Position numbers and translations under genes: made by a program. Shown here piece after piece: positions 1 to 13,159 of a stretch of 64,000 bases of DNA. This stretch comes from Chiloscyllium plagiosum (Eukaryota), in the NCBI RefSeq assembly GCF_004010195.1, contig NC_057718.1, forward strand, positions 26,601,688 through 26,665,687. The letters are read 5' to 3'. The notes beneath the pieces are model-generated. The model was not told the origin of the DNA, searched no databases, and was given only the letters and a program-made list of their open reading frames with translations. Positions within the stretch are counted from its first letter, which is position 1, and every line of letters starts with the position of its first letter.

Positions 1-696
1 CTGGTTGACCAGGGAGTGTTGCATTCACTTAGCCATTTTAAGGATGGTAATCGTGACCCACATAAATAAGTACAGCTCCTGCACCCTTTTCCAGACCAGT
101 TCAAAACATAATGTAAAACAGTTGAACTCACGTTGCTGCAAATTCAGATTACTTTGACAAGCACGACAGCAGACATTGAGAGGACATGCTATTTCAGAAA
201 AAAAAATTGGTTTAATTTGGAGAAGAGAGCATCAGGAGCACCTATGAGACTGGGCCAACATTTGACTCAACCAAAATTGGTCAGCTTCTGACCAACAAGA
301 TCAGCTCAAGGAGAGCCACAGTTTATGATGATACATACTGAGAACTGAATTAGGACAATTTTCAGGCTGCTGTCCCTTGTTGAATACCCTGACTGCATAC
401 TATGCGAATTGTGACCACTTTTGGGCGCTAATCAGTTTATGTACCCTATAACATACCATCTTTGACAGCATGCAAGAATTACCACAACTTAAATATTTTG
501 TAAGATAACGTATACTCAAAATTGTTGAAAAGTTTCATGTACTGTAAATCAAACTGAGGAACAGGACAATGGACAGCTAAAATAAACTCTCAATAAACAA
601 AAAATATGCTGCCCTTGCTTTTGGATTATGGAAACAGACTTTTAATGACCTGATTCATATGAAAATGGGATAATGTTAATAAGTGGCATTGAGTAC

Positions 697-1491
697 TGTG
701 ATCAAATGATAAATTTTCAGAGTTTGGTTTACAAGATAGTGACATATTGTTATTGGTTACTTCTCTGAACGGTTTTAAAAATAACTAGCTCTGGAACATT
801 GCCCTAATCCACTATGTGTCAGAGATCAGGGACCGCTGTTAATAGAATTGTGTCGGGTTTAGAACAGGGTATGCAAACATAGAGGGAAATTAGCTTGTTT
901 TTGGTTCAGGATAATCAAGAATTGATTTTAATGAAGTAAAAACCCAGAGTTTGGAGGTTTTTGAGCTCTTTTGGAAGAGCTCTGTCTGGGATCAGAAGCA
1001 CTGTAGTTTCTGGGCCTTAAAGGAGTAAAGGACAGTTTAGGAAATAAGTTACCTTCGTAGAAGTTGACTTTGTACATCTTCTAGATAAGAAAATGTTTGG
1101 TTATAAATCTGCAGATGACTGAAAGACTGAGAACATCTATACTTTCATTTTTTTGAGTATTTTTGTAAGAAGACTTCATATTTCACAGAAAAGAACAGGG
1201 AAGAATCATTTTAGTCAAACTTAAAGATTTGAGATAGGTGTACTTTCCCTGGATGTAAACTTATGAAGTAATGCTGTGGACAAATAGGTTGAATATTTTG
1301 TGTTTCTGTGGATTTTAAGATCTTTCAAATTGTGTACTATATTCAGATAGCTTATTTTTTAAAATTCATTTCTTTGTGCAATAAATTTCTGTTCCATTGT
1401 TAAAGAAAATTTTCAACCTTTTGTTTCAGTGGTGACAACCATGTTTTTTTAAAATGACCAAGAGATCTGACTTACCTAGTTGGGATCATAG
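697..1491 (+). mobile_element. Possible solo LTR (decayed)
   Basis: Starts TGTGAT, has AATAAA near 1380 and ends ...GGGATCATAGA, resembling an LTR ending in ATCATAACA. No clear TSD; resemblance only. Confidence 0.25.
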
Positions 1492-1959
1492 AGATGCATT
1501 ACCCAATCTGGGTAGTAACTTTAGGACATCAAGAAGCTGTACATTCTTCTGAAAATGTCAAACCTATCTACCAAGTTTACAAACTAATGCAAAAATCACA
1601 CCATACCCATACTCACTCTGTTTTCTTAGGTGACACAGTCAGCAATTAATGCTTAAAATAGAACATATTAAAACAACCTATGAGTCACAGCAACAGATTC
1701 TTAATCAGGTGGGAGATTCAGGGCGATTTTCATGTAGTATGCATAGTTACTATGGGTAAGAATCAACTGTGCTTTAAATTCACTCATAAAGAACATTTGA
1801 GCATTTCAGCAAATATCCTGGATCCACTGGCATCTTTTGCGTCATTGCCATTTTACAAAGCTATGCATCCAGACAAGAATCCAGAACTGCTCTGCACAGT
1901 TCCTAACATTTGGACCTGGAAAACATTCACACTGGAAAAAGACAATGTTATCCAGGAGA

Positions 1960-3558
1960 TATAAGCTATTAGACTGGATGGGATTGAGGTTCATAAGGAG
2001 GAGGTGTTAGCAATTCTGGAAAATAGATAAGTACCCTGGATGGGATTTATCCTGGGATTCTCTGGGAAGCCAGGGAGGAGATTGCAGAGCCTTTGGCTTT
2101 GATCTTTATGTCATCGTCTACAGGAATAGTGCCAGATGACTGGAGGATAGCAAGTATTGTTGCCTTGTTCAAGAAGGGGAGTAGAGACAACCCTGGAAAT
2201 TATAGACCAGTGAGCCTTACTTTGGTTGTGGGTAATGTGTTGGAAAGGATTATAAGAGATAGGATTTATAATCATCTAGAAAGGAATAATTTGATCAAGG
2301 ATAGACAATACGGTTTTGTGAAGGGTAGGTTGGGCCTCACAAACCTTACTGAGTTCTTTGAGAAGGTGGCCAAACAGGTGGTTGAGGGTAAAGCAGTTGA
2401 TGTGAGGTATATGGATTTCAGTAAAGTGTTTGATAAGGTTCCCACGGTAGGCTATTGCAGAAAATATGGAGGCATGGGATTGAAGGTGATTCAGCAGTTT
2501 GGATCAGAAACTGGCTAACTGAAAGAAGACAGAGGGTGGTAGTTGATAGGAAATGTTCATTCTGGAGTGCAGTTACTCATGGTGTACCACATGGATCTGT
2601 TTTGGGGCCACTGCTGTTTGTCATTTTTATAAATGACCTAGATGAGGGCGTAGAAAAATGGGTCATAAATTTGCGATGACACTAAAGTCGGTAGAGTTGT
2701 AGACAGTGCAGAAGGATGTTGCAGGTTACAGAGAGGCATACACAAGCTGCAGAACTGGGCCGAGAGGTGGCAAATGGAATTTAATGCAAAAGAAGTGTGA
2801 GGTGATTCACTTTGGAAGGAGTAGCAGGAATATAGAGTACTGGGCTAATAGTAAGATTCTTATAGTGTGGATGAGCAGAGAGATCTTGGTGACTATGTGC
2901 ATAGATCCCTGAAAGTTGCCATCCAGGTTGATAGGATTGTTAAGAAGATGTACAGTGTATTAGCTTTTAATGGTAGAGGGATTGAGTTTCAGAGCTATGA
3001 GGTCATGTTGCAGCTGTAAAAAATTCTGGTGCGGCTGCTCTTGGAGTATTGTGTACATTTCTGGTCGCCGCATTATAGGAAGGATGTGGAAGCACTGGAA
3101 AGGGTGCAGGATGTTGACTGGTATGGAGGGAGACTGGTATGGAGGGAAGGTCTTATGGGGAAAGGCTGAGGGACTTGGGGCTGTTTTCGTTAGAGAGTAA
3201 AAGGTTAAGAGGAGACTTAATAGAGACATTTAGGATGATCAGAGGATTAGTTAGGGTGAACAGTGACAGCCTTTTTCCTTGGATGGTGATGGCTAACATG
3301 AAGGGACATAGCTTTAAATTGAGGGGTAATAGATAAAGGGCAGATGTCAGAGGTAGGTTCTTTACTCAGAGAGTAGTAAGGGCGTGGAATAGTAGACTCG
3401 CTAACTTTAAGGGCATTTTAATGGTCATTGCATAAATACATGGATTATAATGGAATAGTGTAGATTAGATGGGCTTCAGTCTGGTTTCACAGGTCGGTGC
3501 AACATCGAGGGCTGAAGAGCCTGTACTGCACTTTAGTATTTTATGTTGAATGTTCTAT
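1960..3558 (+). mobile_element. CR1 LINE (HER1-like), 5'-truncated, ORF2 RT region with frameshifts plus 3' tail
   Basis: ORF pieces encode [30 protein letters not shown] and [21 protein letters not shown]. The 3' UTR GGGCTGAAGAGCCTGTACTGCAC is followed by a TATGTT-type tail. Confidence 0.92.
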
Positions 3559-4779
3559 TTGCTCCAGACAAGTCAATTGAGAAACATTATTGCTTGTTAA
3601 AGGACTTGTTGATGGCACAGGCGCAACTTGCTGGATTAATATTCAGCAAGCTAGACACTGAGAAAAACTGACATAGAATCCAGAGTGAGATGCTCCTGAT
3701 GTCAAGTTCAGTCTCACCATGCTTCTCATTTGATTCTGCGAAAACTCTTGCCCATGGGCCACATCACTCAAATCCCCATAAGATTCCACCCTCAGTGTTT
3801 TAAAATATTGTATTACTCTCAATGAAATAAAAATATTGAGATAATAGGTTATTTAAACATGAACCAACCTTGAGATTATTTCCTTATAGACTATAAATAA
3901 GCATTTTATACTCATTATGTTGGGAAGAATTTGATCTCTTTTTGATTGCGTGCAATTGAAAATAAAGAATGTTTGACATCTAAAAACTCTCCTGGCTTTG
4001 AAGGTGGAACACTACATAGACAGCTAAACAGCAGAGGTTTGCAGAAGCCAGGAATCCAGAGGGCTAGGAGTTGTTGGGACAGAATGCAGAGACGTTTGCC
4101 TGCTTAAGTAAAGCATATGTTACAAAATGTGCTAATTTTTTCATATCATTTTATAGAGATAAACTGTATCGATTGGGTCTGGCAAATCTGATTATTACCA
4201 CAGTATATATTCACCTTACTTAACAATTCAGCTAAGCCTTTTCATGTCGAGTGTTAATTTGCTTCACTTGTAAAATGACTGAAAAAATATTACAAAAGGC
4301 ACACATATCCTTTTCAAATCACAATAGGATTTTGATGTCCTGCTATCTTTTAAGCAGTTAGAAGGTAGCCTGATAAAAGCAAGACAGTCAGACTGTCTGT
4401 GGGAATGACTGTTAGCACTCAATCAAAGTTGATTTTACAGCAGATTCAGATTTGTAACAATGTTATATTTATGGTTTCTGGAGCAAAAATGGGAGTTCAA
4501 GATTTCTAGGAAAGGGAATCATGTTGGAAAAAAAATACATTTTTGGCGGATAGGAGGAGGAGAAGAAAATAAAACAAAATCCATCCGAAAAAGTACTGTG
4601 ATCACTCTCATTACTCTCTAAATAGCCAAAAGAAATGGACAGGTCAACTGGCCAGAGCAATTGTATCAATGTTACCAGGGATGCAGTTTTGTGTTGTGTG
4701 TCACACAAGGATCCTTTCAACTGTTATGGCTGCTGACATTAGTGTACTCAACTGTTATTTTCTTCTTCTGCATTGTGAG

Positions 4780-5150
4780 CATTGTTAGCAAGACTAATAA
4801 TTGTTGTCCATCTCTGATTGCCTGATCCAAAGTACTTTTAGGGAGTTCCAGGATTTTGTTCCACAACATGAAATGGCAACATTGTTCCAACTCAGGATGG
4901 TGTATGGTGGCAACTTGCATGAGGTGGTGTTTCTAATGTGTAGGCTTTCAATGTCCATCTAGATTATAGAGATCATTGGTGTGGACAATGCTGTCCAATG
5001 AGGCTTGACAAATTGCTGCAATGCATTTTACAGATAGTGCACACCGCTGCTACTGAATGCCAGTGTTGAAGCGATTGATGGGGAGTGAATGTTGAAGATG
5101 ATGGTGGGGAAATGATCGATCAGACTTCTTTGTCCTGGATGGTGATTTAC
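4780..5150 (-). mobile_element. Decayed 3' region of the tRNA-headed LINE family (cf. 42676-47850)
   Basis: Reverse complement resembles 45900-46260 (e.g. CAAAATCCTGGAACTCCC, CAGTAGCAGCGGTGTG). Confidence 0.55.
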
Positions 5151-5804
5151 CTTTGTCTCGTTCTAGGCTGGTTGTGTCATCATCGGCACTATCAGCTGGC
5201 TTTATGTCCATGGATGCATGGAAAAATGTGGTTCAGTAGTGAACCAACTACTTTATCTCCTCTATGCTGAACAGCAACAGAAATAGTTGATGATGTTATT
5301 GTCTTGCCCAAAGTACACTGTAACAGTGCCTACACTTAAAAAGTACATCATGGGTCACAAAGCACCGTGGTACACCCAGAGATTGTGTAAGGCACCTTAT
5401 GAATTCAAGGATTGCTTCAGAGTAATCAATCAATTCTTGATGACAACCAGCAAGATTCATTTTTCCTTTTAAAATCAACATTTGCTCTTTCATTACATTT
5501 TATTCCTACTTTCTGAGGATAAATGTGTAGCTATACTTCCACTTACAAAAACTGGCAGTTTACTCTTTTAGGCTTAACAATATTACGATGTTCTCTCCAA
5601 TACACAACTTACATCAGAAAAATATTACATGAGAATCATTGGAAAAAAGGCAAGATTTAAGAACTGGGTAGCTTGAGGAGGTTTGTGCCTTAATTCTCAT
5701 CAATACTCTCATAAACAAAGATGCCATAGATATCATGCTCCAAGACATTTAAAAACTTGTAATTTCACAGCCATCCACCAGTTGAGATCTTGTTTGTTTT
5801 AAGT

Positions 5805-6155
5805 GGGGTGGCATGGTGGCTCAGTGTCAGCATTGCTGCCTCACAGCGCAAGGGATCCGGGTTTAATTCCAGCCTTGGGCAACTGTCTGTGTGGAGTTTG
5901 CACATTCTGTCACGTCTGTGTGGGTTTCCTCCAAGTACTCCGATTTCCTCCAATAGTCCAAATATATGCAGGTTAGGTGAATTAGCCAAGCTAAGTTGCC
6001 CATAGTGTTTAGGGATGTGTAGGTTAGGTGCATTAGTCAGGGGAAATGTAGAACAATAGGATAGGGGAATGGGTCTGGGTGGGTTACTCTTCAGAGGATT
6101 GGTGTGGACTTGTTGGGCCAAATAGCCGGTTGCCACACTGTAGAGATTCTACTAT
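5805..6155 (+). mobile_element. tRNA-derived V-SINE (HE1-like)
   Basis: A box TGGCTCAGTG, B-box-like GGTTTAATTCC, V-domain CTGTGTGGAGTTTGCAC...GGGTTTCCTCC, and CR1-like tail GGTGTGGACTTGTTGGGCC. Confidence 0.88.
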
Positions 6156-7258
6156 AAAAAGTGAGGTTTTATTGTGCAAGCAGAAATGTTGTAAATTGAA
6201 TTAACAAATGCAAATTGTTAAATGTGCAAAATCTGTTGCCATGTTCAATTGTAATATGTTCTCCCTAATTACCCATAGTTATAAATTAATGAGATATAAT
6301 GCTATATACAGCCTTGGCACAGTTTGTATATCTAGCCGTGGCAGCCTATTCCATATTCCAGGACTTTTGTGTCCAGTATTCAGGATTGAGTGTGATCCCC
6401 ATCTCCTCCTTCAAGTATGCTCCTTAACAACCTCTGGGGTTGTTGATCTACAGTGGCAAAATGTATTTCATTCATTCCTATCTTTATTTTGTCAGCAAGG
6501 GTGAAGTGATGTACTGCCCTACTGATCTAGAAGCCCAATTTCCAGTTCCAGATTTGTGTCCCAGCCATTGATAATTAGCAGGCTTGTTCTTTACTGAGAA
6601 CCATTTGGAACAGCTAAACGTATCATTAAACCACTTCTGACTTATTTACAAGTTAACACAACTTTTGTCCTATACATAATCACTTATCTTTAAGTAACAA
6701 CACTTCCTTAAATGTCCCCATCATTCTTTGTCAGCAGTCCTCAAAGAAATGCTTTGTCTAATTTCCTGCCATCTCTCTGTCTGGTTCGGGTACAAGGATG
6801 TAACCAATGCTGAGAGCTCACCAGCTTAAAAAACACTGACCTGCAAGTCTGGCTGCATCTGTACTAATCATTCTGCACACGTATATTTCCCACCACACAT
6901 TTCTCTTTTGTATCTGCTCACAGCCCAAAAGATATGCCTTAATGTCTCACAAAATCAGCTATATGCTCACTTAGGATTAATTTTCCCAATAAACACCCGT
7001 ATCATCAGTGGTATCTGGTTTATATATTATCAACTCACCAATCCATATATTTTGTTGTGATATATCCTCTATATATTAGCACGATTTGTGTTAATCATTC
7101 ATACTTGCAGATGGGTCATTGTGGAAAGAAAATTATCTTTCAAGATTTAATTTAAGAGAGGTTTGATTTAAATGCAGTTAGTCCCTTCATTATATAGCTA
7201 AATATTTCTGACCTTGATATGCTGAGCTTGTCAATTAATAGGAACATTTGATCAGCAT

Positions 7259-7342
7259 TAGAACATAGAACAATACAGCACAGAACAGGCCCTTCGGCCC
7301 ACGATGTTGTGCCGAACATTTGTCCTAGCTTAAGCACCCATA
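7259..7342 (-). mobile_element. Short CR1 3'-end fragment
   Basis: TAGAACATAGAACAATACAGCACAGAACAGGCCCTTCGGCCC is the reverse complement of a CR1 3' stem and tail. Confidence 0.75.
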
Positions 7343-7789
7343 TACTTCCCAATAAATTGCAATGGAAAAAACACAGTTTTCTGGAAACTGTTAAGAATAG
7401 ACATTACATGCATATTTCATAGCTAATTCTACAGCAAATAAATTGCTGCATCAACAAATATATGAAATTAAAATAGGAGCATAGCCAGGTTTAATTTACA
7501 TATAATTGGACAAAATTATTATTTTCTATTTACATACTACTGGAATATCCCCTTCTAATTTGCTTAAAAAGTGGGTAACATACAAATAGTATACTGAGTA
7601 GATTTATATTTGTTCACTATTATCAGTTCAGCAGTGGTACTACATCTACAATATAGAAATAAATGATCATGTAAGAAGTAGAGATGACAAATAATAATTT
7701 CCACGTATCAAGCTAACAGTTTGAAGTGAAGTTGCTCTCTTGATACATGCGTGAAGCAGATTTACTACCACTGATCTGGTGAAATTATG

Positions 7790-8345
7790 ATCAACAGGAA
7801 AATGTTACTGAACAACAGATGAAGCTGACAAGGCCCTGGGTTTTGATGGACGTCATCCTATGGTTTTGAAAAAGGTGACTAACAAGATAATAGATGCTTT
7901 GGTGTTAACTTTCCAAAATGTGCTAGCTTTTGGGAAGCTTCCATCTGACTGGAAAGTAGCAAATATAACTCTTCTATTCAAGAAGGAAGGGAGGCAGAAA
8001 ACAGGAAACCATAGGCGTCTGCCATGAGGAAGGTGTTAGACTCATTAATTGTAAAGTTCCAAGATACAGAAGAATCTATGTGTCCTAGTGCTTAAGTCAC
8101 AAGCTTAAGTTAGCAAGCAGGTACAGGATGTAATTAAGAAGGCTAAAGGAATCTTACCCTTCTTATAAGAGGAATTGAACATAAAAGTTAGGATGTTGTG
8201 GTTTGCACTGGAGATAATTCAGAGGAGATTTACTAAATTGAAAATTGGAATAAGTTGTCTTATGAGGATAGGTTGTATAGGATGGGCTTGTTTCAACTAA
8301 AATTTAGAAGATTAAGGGGTGACTTGATTAAAGTGTATGGTTATC
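7790..8345 (+). mobile_element. Old, internally deleted CR1 ORF2 fragments
   Basis: Recognisable remnants such as DWKVANITLLFKKEGRQKTGNHR and the LRGDLIKVY C-terminal motif. Confidence 0.7.
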
Positions 8346-8987
8346 AAGCGTTATTTGAAACATGTAATTCAAAGCATAATTAAATCAAAAGTGATCAAAT
8401 TGAAAGACAAAGCAGAATGGATTAATTCTGCTCCTAATTTATGTTTAATTGAATAACATTCCCCAAGCATTGCTACCAAACTGGAAGGAAAAGACGATGC
8501 CAAATGCAACAAAATTTCATAAACACAAAGTTGCTCTTCAAAACAAAAGTGAAAACAGAAGGTGCTGGAAATACTCAGCAGGTCTTGCAGCATTTACAGC
8601 GAGGGAAGAAGTATTAAACTTTTAAGGTAAAAATTGCTCTTCTTGAGATGTCTAGAGAGAAACTAATTAAAACCTGTCCAAGGCCAGAAAAGATTACCAG
8701 TAAAATCCATACTTACACCGCTATCACAGTAATGCTACCTATGAAGGTTAAAATTATCTCTTCGGGGAATCATATTGCTGACTCGCTTACTTAAAAAATA
8801 GCCACTGGAGCCACTGCTAATGGCAGTTAAAGTAAATGAATCACTGATGAGTCAGTTTTACAATTTCTTCTCACCCAATAATTGGGTTAATGACTTTAAC
8901 TCTTTAGCATTTACAGAAAGTGATATTGCTAATTTAGATCAGGTTACAACAATTGTCAATGGAACATTATTAGCCTCGGTCTCGAAG

Positions 8988-9102
8988 GGATCTTGTGGTA
9001 CAGCAGTCGTGTCTCTCCCTCTGAGCCAGGAGACCCAGTTTTACGTCACATATGCTCCTAAGGTATGTAATAACATCTATGAACAGGATGATTAGGAAAA
9101 TA
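8988..9102 (+). mobile_element. Short decayed tRNA-like SINE (tentative)
   Basis: GGGATCTTGTGGTACAGCAGT...CTGAGCCAGGAGACCCAGTTTTACGTC resembles A/B boxes; A-rich end. Confidence 0.35.
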
Positions 9103-9363
9103 AAGTAGCCTCAATCATTAACTGTTTCTCTCTCCACAGAAGCTGTCTAGCCAACTGGAGTGTTTCCCAATTTCTTATGCTGCTGATTTAATAGGAATAA
9201 ATAGATAAAAGGGTTTTTACTCATCATAAATACTTTACTTTTTTTTAAACCTTTCCATTAAGAAACAAAGCTTGTGCTATGAAATATAGCAGCACAATAA
9301 ACCACAACATACTTTAACATCTCTATTTAAAAATAACAAGCTTCTCTCTGTAAAACAATCTAA

Positions 9364-9423
9364 ATATATATAGACATATATTATATATGCATACATAATA
9401 TATATTATATATATATATTAATA

Positions 9424-9460
<37 letters not shown>
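9364..9460. repeat. Imperfect (TA)n microsatellite
   Basis: Directly visible TA run. Confidence 0.95.
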
Positions 9461-9462
<2 letters not shown>

Positions 9463-10079
9463 TCACAGTAAAAAACTTACAAAGTGCATGACATTTTGTC
9501 TCACTCTACACTGAACTTGAACTGCTTCTCCTGACAATGACTTTTACAATGGTGGATTTTTTTGGAAGGAGGTGTGGTTGTGAAAACAAATGTGCTTAGA
9601 TTTGCCTTTTTGTTATTCACTTATGGGAATGTGGACTTCGCTGGCTAGGCCAGCATTTATTGCCCATACCTAGTTGACCTTGAAAAGGCCACATAAATGC
9701 ACTTGTTTTGAAAGACTAGTATAGCTGTAAGTCAGCAGTAAGAAAGGAAGAAAAGTTTTATGTGTATTCATATTCACCAAATGATTGAAAGTGCTTAAGG
9801 AACAAAATGTATCTTGTCAAACCTAACCAGAAAACAACATTTTGTTTGTGCTTTATAATACTTTCACATACACTATGGTCAATGGCACTTTCACATAATT
9901 AGTTATCAAATACAAAAAATTACTAATTTATTGTACAAATATGTTTCATGTAAAGCTGGTACTGTTGTCTTTCAGAATAAGGTAAAATCAAGACTGTTAC
10001 CTTCACCAAAGTGGAATGGATTATGTCGATTATGTGTATGTTTGTGAATAATTACTAATCATATTCATTCATATCATCA

Positions 10080-10300
10080 AAGTTAAAAATCACACGACAC
10101 CAGGTTATAGTCCAATAGGTTTAATTGGAAGCACACTAGCTTTCGGAGCGATGCTCTTTCATCAGGTGATAGTCACCTGATGAAGGAGCGTCGCTCCGAA
10201 AGCTGGTGTGCTTCCAATTAAACCTGTTGGACTATAACCTGGTGTTGTGTGATTTTTAACTTTGTACACCCCAGTCCAACACCGGCATCTCCAAATCATG
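10080..10300 (+). mobile_element. Non-autonomous Penelope-like element: inverted terminal-repeat hairpin with 13-bp TSD
   Basis: Near-perfect palindrome at 10079-10263 with a 3-nt loop. Flanking direct repeat ATTCATATCATCA at 10067-10079 and 10301-10313. Related copies at 18570-18780 and 62931-63225. Confidence 0.8.
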
Positions 10301-10587
10301 ATTCATATCATCAGCATTGTAAAACCTTTCAGTATTTTTCATTCTGACCTTTTTTTCATTTTTATGTGAGCTACATATGCCTGGAGTTTCCAATGTGAGC
10401 ACAACATAAAAATTCCACACAAATAATGCTTCAAAATGCAACTATTTAGTTCATGTTAGATCATGTCCAAATTTGAATTGGTCAAACCTAATGTGGATGT
10501 AAAATTACATAAATCAGTAAAAATGATGATAAGCCATTTAGGCTATGAGAAACACTAAATCCACATGAGTATTTTTCTTTCCATTAT

Positions 10588-10785
10588 GGGGGTTGGCTAG
10601 CTCAGGCAGCCGGACAACTGATCTGTAACGTAGAGTGGTGCCCACAATGTGGATTCAATGGTGAAGGATACCAAGCACTCTCTTCTCAACTCCTCCCCTT
10701 GTCTGTGATGGCCCTCAAGTTAAACCACCACTTGTTGGCTCACTCTAATGGGTGAGCAGCCCTATGGTGACTTTGGTTTTTCTTT
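10588..10785 (+). mobile_element. Decayed tRNA-derived SINE of a separate family (repeated at ~11806-12003 by the gap-flank duplication)
   Basis: GGTTGGCTAGCTCAGGCAG A-box-like start, GGATTCAAT B-box-like motif, T-rich end. Confidence 0.45.
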
Positions 10786-10990
10786 GTTTTCAAATTTAAA
10801 CCTCAATTGATTTAACCTTGTATTTGTGGTATACATTTATTCATGTATCTTAGGCACACAATGTTAAGAATCTCAGAAAAGGCAGCCACCAAACCTCACC
10901 AGCTCTTGGGTGAAAAGCTCACTTAGTTCCATTTTCCTGACTTCTCCCTGGAAGCCTGCAATTTCTTCCATTTCAGATGACATTCTAATT

Positions 10991-11490
10991 NNNNNNNNNN
11001 NNNNNNNNNNNNNNNNNNNNNNNNNNNNNNNNNNNNNNNNNNNNNNNNNNNNNNNNNNNNNNNNNNNNNNNNNNNNNNNNNNNNNNNNNNNNNNNNNNNN
11101 NNNNNNNNNNNNNNNNNNNNNNNNNNNNNNNNNNNNNNNNNNNNNNNNNNNNNNNNNNNNNNNNNNNNNNNNNNNNNNNNNNNNNNNNNNNNNNNNNNNN
11201 NNNNNNNNNNNNNNNNNNNNNNNNNNNNNNNNNNNNNNNNNNNNNNNNNNNNNNNNNNNNNNNNNNNNNNNNNNNNNNNNNNNNNNNNNNNNNNNNNNNN
11301 NNNNNNNNNNNNNNNNNNNNNNNNNNNNNNNNNNNNNNNNNNNNNNNNNNNNNNNNNNNNNNNNNNNNNNNNNNNNNNNNNNNNNNNNNNNNNNNNNNNN
11401 NNNNNNNNNNNNNNNNNNNNNNNNNNNNNNNNNNNNNNNNNNNNNNNNNNNNNNNNNNNNNNNNNNNNNNNNNNNNNNNNNNNNNNNNNN
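10991..11490. other. Assembly gap (500 N)
   Basis: Run of N. Confidence 1.
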
Positions 11491-12536
11491 AGTCCAACAC
11501 CGGCATCTCCAAATCATGATTCATATCATCAGCATTGTAAAACCTTTCACTATTTTTCATTCTGACCTTTTTTTCATTTTTATGTGAGCTACATATGCCT
11601 GGAGTTTCCAATGTGAGCACAACATAAAAATTCCACACAAATAATGCTTCAAAATGCAACTATTTAGTTCATGTTAGATCATGTCCAAATTTGAATTGGT
11701 CAAACCTAATGTGGATGTAAAATTACATAAATCAGTAAAAATGATGATAAGCCATTTAGGCTATGAGAAACACTAAATCCACATGAGTATTTTTCTTTCC
11801 ATTATGGGGGTTGGCTAGCTCAGGCAGCCGGACAACTGATCTGTAACGTAGAGTGGTGCCCACAATGTGGATTCAATGGTGAAGGATACCAAGCACTCTC
11901 TTCTCAACTCCTCCCCTTGTCTGTGATGGCCCTCAAGTTAAACCACCACTTGTTGGCTCACTCTAATGGGTGAGCAGCCCTATGGTGACTTTGGTTTTTC
12001 TTTGTTTTCAAATTTAAACCTCAATTGATTTAACCTTGTATTTGTGGTATACATTTATTCATGTATCTTAGGCACACAATGTTAAGAATCTCAGAAAAGG
12101 CAGCCACCAAACCTCACCAGCTCTTGGGTGAAAAGCTCACTTAGTTCCATTTTCCTGACTTCTCCCTGGAAGCCTGCAATTTCTTCCATTTCAGATGACA
12201 TTCTAATTCCTTTCTGGATGCTTCAGCTAAATCTACCTGCAGAACAATCTTAGGCAGTGCATTCCAGACCTTAAACTACATTGCTGCATAAAACATTTTT
12301 TTCTCATAGTACCTTGGTGTCTTTTGCTAATCGCTTTAAATCTGTGGCCTCTCTTACTCAACCCTTTCACAGTTTCTCCCTATCAAACATTAAAGATGGA
12401 AAAGCTTTTCCATTTTTAATGTAATTTATACTTAGATCATAAAACACAATAGATTCACCACATTCGTATCATACATTAAATAGTTAAATTATGAGGACTG
12501 GTTCCCTTTGTTTAACTTGTACTATCTTGGATTCAG

Positions 12537-13155
12537 TCAATAGACAATAGATGCAGGAGTAGGCCATTCTGCCCTTCGAGCCAGCACTACCATTCATTAT
12601 GATCATGGCTGATCATCCTCAATCAGTATCCTGTTCCTGCCTTATCCCCATAACCCTTGATTCCACTATCCTTAAGAGCTCTATCCAACTCTTTCTTGAA
12701 AGTATCCAGAGACTTGGCCTCCACAGCCTTTTGGGGCAGAGCATTCCACACACCCACCATTCTCTGGGTGAAGAAGTTTCTCCTCAACTCTGTTGTAAAT
12801 GGCTGACCCCTTATTTTTAAACTGTGTCCTCTGGTTCGGGACTCACCCATCAGTGGAAACATGCTTCCTGCCTCCAGAGTGTCCAATCCTTTAATAATCT
12901 TATATGTCTCAATCAGATCCCCGCTCAGCCTTCTAAACTCAAGGGTATACAAGACCAGTCACTCCAATCTTTCAACATAAGATAGTCCCGCCATTCTGGG
13001 AATTGACCTCGTGAACCTACACTGCACTCCCTCAATAGCCAGAATGTCTTTCTTCAAATTTTGAGACCAAAACTGCACACAATATTCCAGGTGCGGTCTC
13101 ACCAGGGCCCTGTACAGCTGCAGAAGAACCTCTTTGCTTCTATACTCAATTCCTC
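12537..13155 (-). mobile_element. CR1 LINE 3' part
   Basis: Minus ORF 12623-12952 reads LYTLEFRRLSGDLIETYKIIKGLD...RRNFFTQRMVGVWNALP. Tail CAATAGACAATAG at the left end. Confidence 0.92.
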
Positions 13156-13159
13156 ATAC

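Noticed and set aside
3116..3147. 16-bp tandem duplication GACTGGTATGGAGGGA in CR1
   Set aside because: Ordinary slippage mutation in a dead repeat.
1..9200. ALK 3' exons, expected from human synteny
   Set aside because: No kinase or ALK C-terminal peptide is recognisable in the plus-strand ORFs; if present it lies outside the window.
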